Source of the DNA: a virus
Lineage: Duplodnaviria > Caudoviricetes
Strand: one strand, 5' to 3'
DNA length: 24,608 nt
IMG/VR virus record: IMGVR_UViG_3300010358_000062
Span: 1 to 24,608 of that record
How positions within the stretch are numbered: position 1 is the stretch's first letter; each line of letters begins with the position of its first letter. The notes beneath the pieces were generated by a model that saw nothing but the letters and a program-made list of their open reading frames with translations, searched no databases and was not told the origin of the DNA. A program made the translations under genes and the position numbers. Positions 9,238-16,586 of the stretch are shown piece by piece.

Positions 9238-9425
9238 GCACGAAGACCTACACCTGTGCCATCTGCGCGAAGACCACGACCGATCCGACGGGCTGGCCGC
9301 GCATTCAGATCACGCACACGCACTATGACGCGCCGCAGGGCAGCGTCACGCAGGATGACGAGCTGGTGGTCGTGGACTGCTGCTCGGACGCCTGCCGGGA
9401 CGCCTGGAAGGAGAAGACCCAATGA
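9234..9425 (+). CDS. Small zinc-finger-like protein (CxxC...CSxxC), fibre-associated
   Basis: ATG overlaps the fibre 1 stop (ATGA); 63 aa MSTKTYTCAICAK...GW...VDCCSDACRDAW. Confidence 0.8.
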   Translation: MSTKTYTCAICAKTTTDPTGWPRIQITHTHYDAPQGSVTQDDELVVVDCCSDACRDAWKEKTQ

Positions 9426-9637
9426 CGCTCGAGGAGCGGCTCACCCGCTATCAGCAGCAGTTGCAGGAGCAGGTGGTCCGCCGGGCCCAGCTCACCGAGC
9501 TACTCTCCCAAGCCGACGAGTCGGTGAAGCGGCTCGAGGGCGCCTGCGGCGTGCTCCGCGAGCTGATGCAGGACGCGCCGGTGGCGCAGGCTCCGACCGG
9601 CCCGAACGGGGCCGATCCTGCCGAGGATCCCGCCTGA
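9422..9637 (+). CDS. Small coiled-coil protein, possible fibre assembly chaperone
   Basis: 71 aa with ATGA overlap; heptad-like LEERLTRYQQQLQEQ...VKRLEGACGVLRELM. Confidence 0.75.
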   Translation: MTLEERLTRYQQQLQEQVVRRAQLTELLSQADESVKRLEGACGVLRELMQDAPVAQAPTGPNGADPAEDPA

Positions 9638-9804
9638 TGCCGGAGCCTGCTGCATCCTCGAGTGCCGCCCCCGGCCTTCGACCTTCCTGGTGCGGCGGGC
9701 TCCGGCAACGGGTGTGGGGTGGTGGGGGGTGGCTCATGCGCGCGGTGGATCGGATGGAGCGTGGTGGCGTGTGGCGGACGGTCTGCCGCGCGCATGAGGG
9801 TTGA
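9637..9804 (+). CDS. Small ORF, probably a Cys/His zinc-binding protein with compensating frameshifts or base errors
   Basis: TGATG-coupled at both ends. An alternative frame near the start reads CCILECR..PSTFLVRR and the in-frame end reads WRTVCRAHEG. Confidence 0.45.
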   Translation: MPEPAASSSAAPGLRPSWCGGLRQRVWGGGGWLMRAVDRMERGGVWRTVCRAHEG

Positions 9805-12110
9805 TGGCGCAAGTCGAGCAGGCGATCTGGCAGCGGGTGACTGATCCCGGTCCGTCGGGAGTCGCCGGGTCCTGGGAGGAGCTGATCCCGGGCGATGCCA
9901 GTACGGGTGGCGGAGGCCCGACCGGCGCCGCGGGCGGGGATCTGAGTGGCTTCTACCCGAACCCGAGCCTGGCCCCGGGCGCCGTCTCCCGTTCCGAGAC
10001 CGCTGCCGATCTCTGGCTCTCGCCGATTCCGAGCGGCGCCGATGTCGGCAAGGTGCTCTGGGTGACCGCCGGTCCGGCGCTCGCCTGGCAGACGCCGCCA
10101 GTCGGTCCCGCGGGGCCGACGGGGCCCCAAGGCCCCACGGGGGCGACGGGACCCCAAGGGCCGACGGGCGCCACGGGGCCGCAGGGCGCCCCGGGGCAGT
10201 CGAACAGCCTGATCGACTACCGCTTCAGCACGAACACGACGCCGCCGCCCGCGAACGGCTACGTGCTGCTGAACGCCGCCCCGTCTGCGGCCACCGTGGT
10301 GTCGGCGCATCACATCACGAACCTGAACAACGACGCCACGATTGCGCTGAATGCGATCACGGTCGGGAGCACGCTCTATCTCCAGGACCAGTCCGATGCG
10401 ACGCGGGTCCACAAGTACACCGTCACCGGCACGCCGACCGATCACGGGACCTACACCGACATCCCCGTGAGCTGGGTCGCGAGCGGCACGGGCGCGGCGC
10501 TCACGAACAACCAGTCGGTGTTCCTCGGGATTGCCATGGTGGGGCCGCAAGGACCCGCCGGGCCGACGGGGCCCACGGGACCGACCGGAGCCACGGGCCC
10601 GCAGGGGGCCCCAGGAGCCACGGGCGCGCAGGGACCGAAGGGAGACACCGGGGCCACCGGCTCGACGGGCGCCACGGGCTCCCAGGGCCCCGCAGGGGCC
10701 ACCGGAGCGACAGGCCCAGCCGGACCGGGTGTCCCGGCGGGCGGCACCACGGGCCAGGTGCTCACCAAGTCGAGCGGCGTGGACTACGCGACAAGCTGGG
10801 TCTCGGCAGGGGCCACGCTCTGGACCGACACGGGAACCGCGCTCACGCCGACCGACGGCACCAAGCGGCTCCAGCTCGGCGCCTCCATGATGCAGCCGCA
10901 GGCGACCTACCGCTTCGGGGCTGCCTCGGGCATCCAGCTCAACGCGAACTACGTGAACGATGCCGACCACATCGGCTACGACAACACGAAGCCGTCCTGG
11001 GGGATGGTGCTGAACGTTGCCACGGACGCGGCGGAGTTTTGGCGCTCTCCGACCCCGGGCAATGCGTTCGCCCCGCTCATGTACCTCAACGGGGCGGGGA
11101 TGCTCACCGTGCCGGGCGGCGCGGCGCCCTTCGCGAGCACGCCGGTCACGTTCGGGCCGCAGAGCGTGAAGGGGCATCTCGTCGCGCCGAGCAGCATCGC
11201 CTACACGGGGCTCACGCACAACCAGTACCTCGATCCCAACGTCGCCTGGCAGCGGGACGACACGTCGAAGGTAGGCTGGCGGTGGCTGCTGCGCTCCGAC
11301 ATCGACCTCGCGCACCTCGATCACATCTCGGCAGCGAACGCTTCGATCACCGCATTCCAGGTCGATAGCATCGGCACGGTGACCGCCGGGGCGCACGTCG
11401 TGGCGACCAGCAACCTCTACGTGAACGGCGGGATGAGCATTCACCGCGCCGCCGGGAAGGATCAGGTGAAGCGGATCGCGGGTGCGGACTACTCCGACAC
11501 CATCGCGAACGATATCGGGGTGGACAACACCCGCTACCACGGGCTCGTCCGGATCAATCACAGCACGACGAGTAACAACTTCGACTGGTACGGGGCGACG
11601 CCAGGGGGCGGCTGGACCCTGCGTATGACCCTGGACAGCGCGGGCTACCTCACGCTGGCGAGTGGGCTCACGGTGAACGGCGGGATCACCCGGCCCAACT
11701 CGCAATTCACGGTGGCGAACGTCTGGTCGGCGAACCTCCCCACGAGCTGGAACGGGTCGGTCAACGGGCAGTGGGTGCAGGTGGTGGCGGTGAGCGTGAG
11801 CCTCACCGCGGGCCGGTGGCACCTGATCTGGGCGAATCCCGGCTGGGCCTTTGCCGGGGCGACCAACTCCCAGCAGACCGTGTACGTCGGGTTCGGCTTC
11901 GATGGCGGGGTGGTCGCTTACCAGCGCTTCGATACCAACTCCAGCTCCGCCATCGGCTACAACTTTGGCCCGTCGGGTCTGGTGTGGGCCGAGGGGAGCC
12001 GTCCGACCGGCGCGCACACCTACTCGCTGTGGGTGTTCCGCAGCTCGGGCGCGTCGCTCCAGACGCAGGCGGACGCCCCGGGGACGCTCTACGTGGCGGA
12101 GTTTTGCTGA
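9804..12110 (+). CDS. Fibre protein 2 with collagen-like segments
   Basis: ATG at 9804 (TTG at 9801 is in frame). Has the GGDLSGFYPNP module, two Gly-X-Y tracts, a GGTTGQVLTKSSGVDYATSW motif, three beta repeats and a tip domain paralogous to fibre 1. Confidence 0.87.
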   Translation: MAQVEQAIWQRVTDPGPSGVAGSWEELIPGDASTGGGGPTGAAGGDLSGFYPNPSLAPGAVSRSETAADLWLSPIPSGADVGKVLWVTAGPALAWQTPPVGPAGPTGPQGPTGATGPQGPTGATGPQGAPGQSNSLIDYRFSTNTTPPPANGYVLLNAAPSAATVVSAHHITNLNNDATIALNAITVGSTLYLQDQSDATRVHKYTVTGTPTDHGTYTDIPVSWVASGTGAALTNNQSVFLGIAMVGPQGPAGPTGPTGPTGATGPQGAPGATGAQGPKGDTGATGSTGATGSQGPAGATGATGPAGPGVPAGGTTGQVLTKSSGVDYATSWVSAGATLWTDTGTALTPTDGTKRLQLGASMMQPQATYRFGAASGIQLNANYVNDADHIGYDNTKPSWGMVLNVATDAAEFWRSPTPGNAFAPLMYLNGAGMLTVPGGAAPFASTPVTFGPQSVKGHLVAPSSIAYTGLTHNQYLDPNVAWQRDDTSKVGWRWLLRSDIDLAHLDHISAANASITAFQVDSIGTVTAGAHVVATSNLYVNGGMSIHRAAGKDQVKRIAGADYSDTIANDIGVDNTRYHGLVRINHSTTSNNFDWYGATPGGGWTLRMTLDSAGYLTLASGLTVNGGITRPNSQFTVANVWSANLPTSWNGSVNGQWVQVVAVSVSLTAGRWHLIWANPGWAFAGATNSQQTVYVGFGFDGGVVAYQRFDTNSSSAIGYNFGPSGLVWAEGSRPTGAHTYSLWVFRSSGASLQTQADAPGTLYVAEFC
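10104..10202 (+). repeat. Collagen-like Gly-X-Y tract, 11 triplets
   Basis: GPA GPT GPQ GPT GAT GPQ GPT GAT GPQ GAP GQS. Confidence 0.95.
10542..10730 (+). repeat. Collagen-like Gly-X-Y tract, 21 triplets
   Basis: Uninterrupted run from GPQGPAGPT to GATGPAGPG. Confidence 0.95.
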
Positions 12111-12313
12111 TGCCGGTCAGCTACCAGTGCGACAACTGTGGGAAGACCGCCGAGACGATGGCGGGCTGGTACCTCGTCCGGGTCTTCCTGCTCTACGAGG
12201 ACCCGAGCCTGCCGTTCCCGCCGGGCGGCACGACCACCGAGGAGACGCAGCCGGACCGCATCTTCGACACGAAGGGCTGCCGCCAGCAGTGGATGAGCAA
12301 GCATGAGCTATGA
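12110..12313 (+). CDS. Small zinc-finger-like protein, paralogue of 9234-9425
   Basis: ATG overlaps the fibre 2 stop (TGATG); 67 aa MPVSYQCDNCGK...GW...IFDTKGCRQQW. Confidence 0.8.
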   Translation: MPVSYQCDNCGKTAETMAGWYLVRVFLLYEDPSLPFPPGGTTTEETQPDRIFDTKGCRQQWMSKHEL

Positions 12314-12963
12314 CACCTGATCGCACCATCGTCCGCGCGCTGCGGCGCATCGACCCGAAGCTCTCGATCCAGTGGGACACCGACCACGAGTGCTGGGCGG
12401 TCTACCACGATCTGCCCGAGGGGCTCGGGCGCATCGACGCGCTGGTGGACAAGATGGCGACCGATCTCCAGCTCACCTACCTCGAGCAGGGCTACGTCGT
12501 GCCGCGGGAGGAAGCGGGCCGGAATTGCCTCGCCGCCGTCAAGCGCGCGGCGCTCGTCTGCTACGTCGTGAACGATGACGGCAGCTACCGCCCGCTCGAC
12601 GGGCGGCTGGTCGAGAAATTCCAGCGCATGGACCACCTCCGCAAGAACTGCTCGATCCGTGACTGGAGCGAGCTGCTCGCCGCCCGGCGCTACGCGCAGG
12701 ACCAGGCAGCGGCGCTCGAGCGGGAAGATTTCTACAGCTACCAATCTCGCGATGCCGTCTTGCAGCGCGTGCTCTCCGACGTGCTGTGGGACATCCCCGT
12801 GACGAGGAGTGTCTATATGAAACGACCCGAGGACGAAGGGGGCGGCGAGCTGCCGCCGGAGAACGGCGAAGACGAGGACGAGGAGGCGAAGCACAAGCCG
12901 CCGGAGGACCAGAATGAAGAACCCGAAACGGGTTCGGGTCTCGCCACGGATCCGCCGCGCTGA
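12310..12963 (+). CDS. Phage hypothetical protein with acidic C-terminal tail
   Basis: 217 aa with ATGA overlap; globular N-terminal part (LRRIDPKLSIQWD, DGSYRPLDGRL) and an Asp/Glu-rich tail. Confidence 0.8.
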   Translation: MTPDRTIVRALRRIDPKLSIQWDTDHECWAVYHDLPEGLGRIDALVDKMATDLQLTYLEQGYVVPREEAGRNCLAAVKRAALVCYVVNDDGSYRPLDGRLVEKFQRMDHLRKNCSIRDWSELLAARRYAQDQAAALEREDFYSYQSRDAVLQRVLSDVLWDIPVTRSVYMKRPEDEGGGELPPENGEDEDEEAKHKPPEDQNEEPETGSGLATDPPR

Positions 12964-13100
12964 ACGAGTCGAGATGACGGCGCTCGGGGGCGGGGCGAGT
13001 CACGCGACCGCCGAGCGCCTCGAGAAGCAGGCGTTGCACCAGGCACCGTCCCGCTCGGGAAGCCGCGGGGCTCGCTCGAGCGCGCGGTAGGAGGAGTCCC
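12964..13100 (+). promoter_or_regulatory. Structured intergenic leader
   Basis: 9-bp perfect stem GGCGCTCGG/CCGAGCGCC (12979-13019), a second GC-rich stem at about 13063-13087, then an AGGAGG RBS. No U-tract follows either stem. Confidence 0.45.
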
Positions 13101-13643
13101 ATGGCGAAGATGCTGAGTGTGCGCCCCGAGATCCTGCGGGCGCCGATCTTTCTCCGCGAGCCCCTCGTGCTCGGGAAGGAGGAGATCATCTGGCCCCCCG
13201 GCCACGTCGAGTTTGAGCACGGGGTGCTCACCGAGGTGGAGGACCGCCACGTCGCGGGCATCATGGAGTGCTTCGGGGCGAGCGGGCTGGTCGTGCTGGC
13301 GCCGAACGAGACGCTCGAGGAGGCGCTCCAGCGCGCGATGACCAAGCGGGTCGAGTTTCTGACCCGCCAGATCCTCCGCTTCCGCGAGGAGCAGGCGATC
13401 CGCTCGGCGCAGCAGCTCGAGCCGCTGATGCCGCCGCAGTCCCTCCGAGCGCTCTGGAAGGAGCTGGGCGTGCTGCGGCTCGAGGTGGCGAAGAACGATC
13501 CGCTGCTCACCGAGGCGCTCCCGGCGCTCCAGCAGCCGGTGCTGCCTGATCCGCTCAAGGAAGATCTCGCAGCGTTCGGCATCGTAGACACCGCGCCCAT
13601 CGCGCCGAAGCCGATGGGTGCCGTGCTCGGCTTGGAGGTGTGA
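13101..13643 (+). CDS. Hypothetical protein
   Basis: 180 aa with strong AGGAGG RBS and coding-like codon bias. Confidence 0.8.
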   Translation: MAKMLSVRPEILRAPIFLREPLVLGKEEIIWPPGHVEFEHGVLTEVEDRHVAGIMECFGASGLVVLAPNETLEEALQRAMTKRVEFLTRQILRFREEQAIRSAQQLEPLMPPQSLRALWKELGVLRLEVAKNDPLLTEALPALQQPVLPDPLKEDLAAFGIVDTAPIAPKPMGAVLGLEV

Positions 13644-13644
13644 G

Positions 13645-14493
13645 ATGTACGGACCCCCAGCAGGTGGCACTCCCCCGCCGCCCGGCGGCGCCGGGGGTGG
13701 TCCTGGCGATGCTGACATGATGGAGGCAGCCCGCCAGGCAGCCGCGAAGCGGGCAGCCGTCGCTGCCGGAGGTGGTGCCCCGGGGGCCGGAGCTGCCGGG
13801 GGTGGGCTCATGGCTGCCGGGCAGTCGATGGCGAACTACGCCTCGGGGCTCGGAGCGGGCACGCCGCCGGGCGCTGCCGGGAACCCGATGGACCCGCAGC
13901 GGCTCGAGGCGATGAAGCAGGCCATAGCCGCGCGCCGGGCCGCGGGTGGCTTCGGGCCCCCGGGTGCCGGTCCGCCGGGCGCGGGTCCGGGCGGAGCCCC
14001 GCAGGCGTTGCAGCCCTGGCAGCAGCGGGGGCTCGGCCAAGCCGTCGCGCAGGGCAACGAAGCGGGCTATCTCGCCGGACATCCCGGGGTGCAGCAGCAC
14101 ATGGACCGGATGGAGGCGATGCGCGCGGGCGAGGAGCGTCCCGCGCAGATCGCTGGACCGGGCGACATCCGGGAGGCAGGCCAGGCCCCGAGCATGGCCG
14201 GAGCGACCGGGGATGCCGCCCAGGACCAGGCCAGATTGGCCGCACAGGCCCGTGGAGGGCTCCAGGGCGCCTGGGCGGGGGCTCGGCCCGTCCCGGGTCG
14301 CATGCAGGCCCCAGCGAGCCTCCAGGGCGTTCGGCCCATGCCGCGTCCCTCGGGCCCGGCTCGCCAGCAGCCGCGTCCGGCCCCCGGCACGGCACGGGCT
14401 GCACCCCGGGCAGCCGGAGGGGGCGGTGGTGGCGGTGGGGGAGGTGGCAGACCAGCTCCCCGGGCAGCCGGACGGGGCGGGAAACGGCGGTGA
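13645..14493 (+). CDS. Gly/Ala/Pro/Gln-rich disordered protein with Arg-rich C-terminus
   Basis: ATG 13645 follows GGAGG; 282 aa low complexity with a poly-Gly tract; ends PRAAGRGGKRR. Confidence 0.72.
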   Translation: MYGPPAGGTPPPPGGAGGGPGDADMMEAARQAAAKRAAVAAGGGAPGAGAAGGGLMAAGQSMANYASGLGAGTPPGAAGNPMDPQRLEAMKQAIAARRAAGGFGPPGAGPPGAGPGGAPQALQPWQQRGLGQAVAQGNEAGYLAGHPGVQQHMDRMEAMRAGEERPAQIAGPGDIREAGQAPSMAGATGDAAQDQARLAAQARGGLQGAWAGARPVPGRMQAPASLQGVRPMPRPSGPARQQPRPAPGTARAAPRAAGGGGGGGGGGGRPAPRAAGRGGKRR

Positions 14494-14663
14494 CGCTGCA
14501 CATCCTGATCGTGCGCCCTCCGGAGTCCGAGGAGGACAAGGAGAGCCAGTCGCAGACCCTCGTGCCGCCCCAGGGGCGCAAGCCCCTGTTCCCCGGCTTT
14601 CACCAGCTCGGGCGGCTGAAGGGCGAGAAGAAACGGGAAGCGCTGCGGCACTCCCGGAGGTAG
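14490..14663 (+). CDS. Small hypothetical protein (57 aa) with basic C-terminus; not in the ORF track
   Basis: GTGA overlap with the upstream stop and fills the gap: MTLHILIVRPPESEEDKESQSQTLVPPQGRKPLFPGFHQLGRLKGEKKREALRHSRR. Confidence 0.7.
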   Translation: MTLHILIVRPPESEEDKESQSQTLVPPQGRKPLFPGFHQLGRLKGEKKREALRHSRR

Positions 14664-14667
14664 GCCG

Positions 14668-14877
14668 ATGGCAGACAAGTGGATCCAGCGCGCCAGCGAC
14701 GAGATGGAGCGCAAGGGGACGAAGGGGGCGTTCACGAAGGAGGCGAAGGCGCACGGGGAGAGCGTCGGCGCCTTTGCCTCGCACGTCCTGTCCAAGGGTT
14801 CCAAGGCCAGCGCGCTCACGAAGAAGCGGGCGGTGTTCGCGCAGAACATGCGCCGCATCGCTCGGAACCGGAGGTAA
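14668..14877 (+). CDS. Small highly basic protein, putative DNA-binding virion protein
   Basis: 69 aa with GGAGGT RBS; KWIQRA...KGAFTKEAK...KKRAVFAQNMRRI. Confidence 0.8.
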   Translation: MADKWIQRASDEMERKGTKGAFTKEAKAHGESVGAFASHVLSKGSKASALTKKRAVFAQNMRRIARNRR

Positions 14878-14879
14878 CC

Positions 14880-15146
14880 ATGATCGGCAAGATGGGCGGA
14901 CAGCTCGGCGGCGGCGGCATGCTCGGGGGCAAAGGCGACCAGGGCAACACGCTGGCCGGACCCTACGAGGCGAAGCGGGCGGAGCTATCGCAGATGGCGT
15001 CCAGCCAGTCGCCAGATGACTACCCGGAGTTGAATCGCGACTCTTTCAGCGGGGGCGATGACGCCTCCCGGACGATGCCGCAGACGGGCAGCGGCATGAT
15101 CGTGCGGCAGGCGCCGCGCAACGGCTTCCGGAGCCTCGGGCGCTAG
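14880..15146 (+). CDS. Small hypothetical protein (88 aa)
   Basis: ATG 14880 follows GGAGGT; begins MIGKMGGQLGGGG and ends PRNGFRSLGR. Confidence 0.72.
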   Translation: MIGKMGGQLGGGGMLGGKGDQGNTLAGPYEAKRAELSQMASSQSPDDYPELNRDSFSGGDDASRTMPQTGSGMIVRQAPRNGFRSLGR

Positions 15147-15848
15147 GTGGCAATCTACGACGTGCGGCAGCGCGCCTCCGATCTCGAGGAGGAGGCGAAG
15201 CAGGGGGCTCGCGATGCCCCCCGGGCAGACCAGCCTGCCTGGAAGGACGTGCGTCGCGAAGCCGCCACCATCCGGCGGAACATCCCCGAGAGCGTCCATG
15301 TGCTCCAGAACGCGGACCAGACCACCGCCAACACGGGCACCGGGCTCTCGCCGAACGTCTACCGCGAGGATCAAGCCGTCCAGCAGCCACCGACCCGGCT
15401 CGGGGAGCCGAATACGGCGATCACCGCCGGGCGCTCCCTCCAGCAGCAGGAGCAGACGGCGGACACCTACCTCTCGCGCTCGGACGAGAAGGCGGACCAG
15501 GACCGCGCTGCGGCCCAGCAGGGCGACCGGGAAGCGCAGAATCGGGTCGCGGAGTACGACGCCTGGAAGGAAATCTACGGGCGCATGAACCCGCGGGACC
15601 AGCTCCGGGAGCGCGGGCTGCAAGACGACTACGCGAGTCGCCAGCAGAACATGGACGACTACGTGCGGGATCACCCCGGGTTCCGGGTGGACGAGAACGG
15701 CGATCTCTACGGGGACGACGTGAGCCCGCAAGAGCAGCGGGACATGCAACGCCTGATGCACGAGCGGGATCGCGCCGGACGGCGCATCGAACAGAGTCAC
15801 CGGCCCTACGTGCAGGGTCGCGTGCAGGGGCGTCTCGGCCCCCGCTAG
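15147..15848 (+). CDS. Gln/Arg/Asp-rich hypothetical protein
   Basis: 233 aa; GTG abuts the upstream TAG; ends VQGRVQGRLGPR. Confidence 0.75.
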   Translation: MAIYDVRQRASDLEEEAKQGARDAPRADQPAWKDVRREAATIRRNIPESVHVLQNADQTTANTGTGLSPNVYREDQAVQQPPTRLGEPNTAITAGRSLQQQEQTADTYLSRSDEKADQDRAAAQQGDREAQNRVAEYDAWKEIYGRMNPRDQLRERGLQDDYASRQQNMDDYVRDHPGFRVDENGDLYGDDVSPQEQRDMQRLMHERDRAGRRIEQSHRPYVQGRVQGRLGPR

Positions 15849-15857
15849 GAGGAGACG

Positions 15858-16055
15858 ATGGGGTACTCAGCACCCGTGCCTGGGATGGGCAATCTCGAGA
15901 GCCAGCAGCCGCGGGATTTCCTCTCCGGCGATGACGCCGGGGGCCCGAGCCAGCCCGACATGGCGCCGCAGCAGCAGCCGAAGCGCATGCCGCCGCGGTT
16001 CGCGAAGAAGGGCAAGCGCAAGATGCCGCCCCGGGCCTTCGGACGCGGCAAGTAG
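15858..16055 (+). CDS. Small hypothetical protein with basic C-terminus
   Basis: 65 aa with AGGAGG RBS; ends KKGKRKMPPRAFGRGK. Confidence 0.72.
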   Translation: MGYSAPVPGMGNLESQQPRDFLSGDDAGGPSQPDMAPQQQPKRMPPRFAKKGKRKMPPRAFGRGK

Positions 16056-16243
16056 TGACCCAGCTCGAGCGCACCCCGCCGCCCGCGGTGGGTGTGGACC
16101 CGGGCGGGCGCATCCACGTCGGCGTGGACGAGCGGCTCCAGCCGAAGACGCTGAAGCTCGCCGGGGGGAAGCTCGGCCAGGGTCGCGGCTGGCAGGGACG
16201 CCCACGCATCGGGCAGCCGCGCCTGGGGCGCGGGAGGGAGTGA
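16055..16243 (+). CDS. Small hypothetical protein with Arg/Gly-rich C-terminus
   Basis: 62 aa with TAGTG overlap; ends GRPRIGQPRLGRGRE. Confidence 0.68.
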   Translation: MTQLERTPPPAVGVDPGGRIHVGVDERLQPKTLKLAGGKLGQGRGWQGRPRIGQPRLGRGRE

Positions 16244-16428
16244 TGGGTGATCCACGAGACGAAGGCGAGCAGGCGTATCGCCAGTCGGATACGCCCGTCG
16301 ATAAGTACGAGGCGTTCGATCCCTACCAGCAGGGGCTCGAGCGGGAGGATCTTCGCAGCCAGCAGGCCGAGCGAGGCGTCTCTCGCGGACGGCAGCCCCG
16401 CTTCGGGCTGCGGCGGACGAGCCGGTAA
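16243..16428 (+). CDS. Small hypothetical protein (61 aa), acidic body and basic tail
   Basis: TGATG overlap with GGGAGG RBS; MGDPRDEGEQAY...SRGRQPRFGLRRTSR. Confidence 0.7.
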   Translation: MGDPRDEGEQAYRQSDTPVDKYEAFDPYQQGLEREDLRSQQAERGVSRGRQPRFGLRRTSR

Positions 16429-16429
16429 C

Positions 16430-16585
16430 ATGCCGATCCCGCACGCCCGCTACCGCTGGAAAACTTACGAGTCCGGCAAGAAGGTGCGGCTGGCGTTCGT
16501 CGGGAACAAGGTGGTTGAGGTGAAGCCCAAAGGCGGCGAGGCGAAGATGATCCGACAGCCGGGGCGTGCCTCGAGCAGGAGATAG
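16430..16585 (+). CDS. Small basic beta-rich protein (51 aa)
   Basis: ATG starts one base after the upstream TAA; MPIPHARYRWKTYESGKKVRLAFVGNKVVEVKPK...PGRASSRR. Confidence 0.72.
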   Translation: MPIPHARYRWKTYESGKKVRLAFVGNKVVEVKPKGGEAKMIRQPGRASSRR

Positions 16586-16586
16586 C

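Larger units (their letters stand above)
6331..10092 (+). repeat. Three dispersed copies of a GGDLxGxYPNP...DxG[KR]VLxV...LxW protein module
   Basis: Copies start near 6331 and 6601 (fibre 1) and 9924 (fibre 2); copies 2 and 3 align without gaps over about 55 aa. Confidence 0.85.

Noticed and set aside
10104-10730. CRISPR-like or tandem DNA repeat array
   Set aside because: The 9-nt periodicity is explained by collagen Gly-X-Y coding; there are no identical repeats with unique spacers.
5968-12110. Diversity-generating retroelement acting on the fibre tips
   Set aside because: No reverse transcriptase in the window, and no near-identical template/variable repeat pair with adenine-specific mismatches was seen. 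The repeats are old protein-level paralogies. An element elsewhere in the genome cannot be excluded.
12979-13019. Intrinsic terminator
   Set aside because: The hairpin has no U-tract on either strand, so it is kept only as a structured leader candidate.
14404-14472. 15-bp direct repeat CCCCGGGCAGCCGGA flanking a poly-Gly tract, as a possible insertion scar
   Set aside because: It is in frame and encodes PRAAG twice in a low-complexity protein; local duplication explains it and no mobile element features are present.
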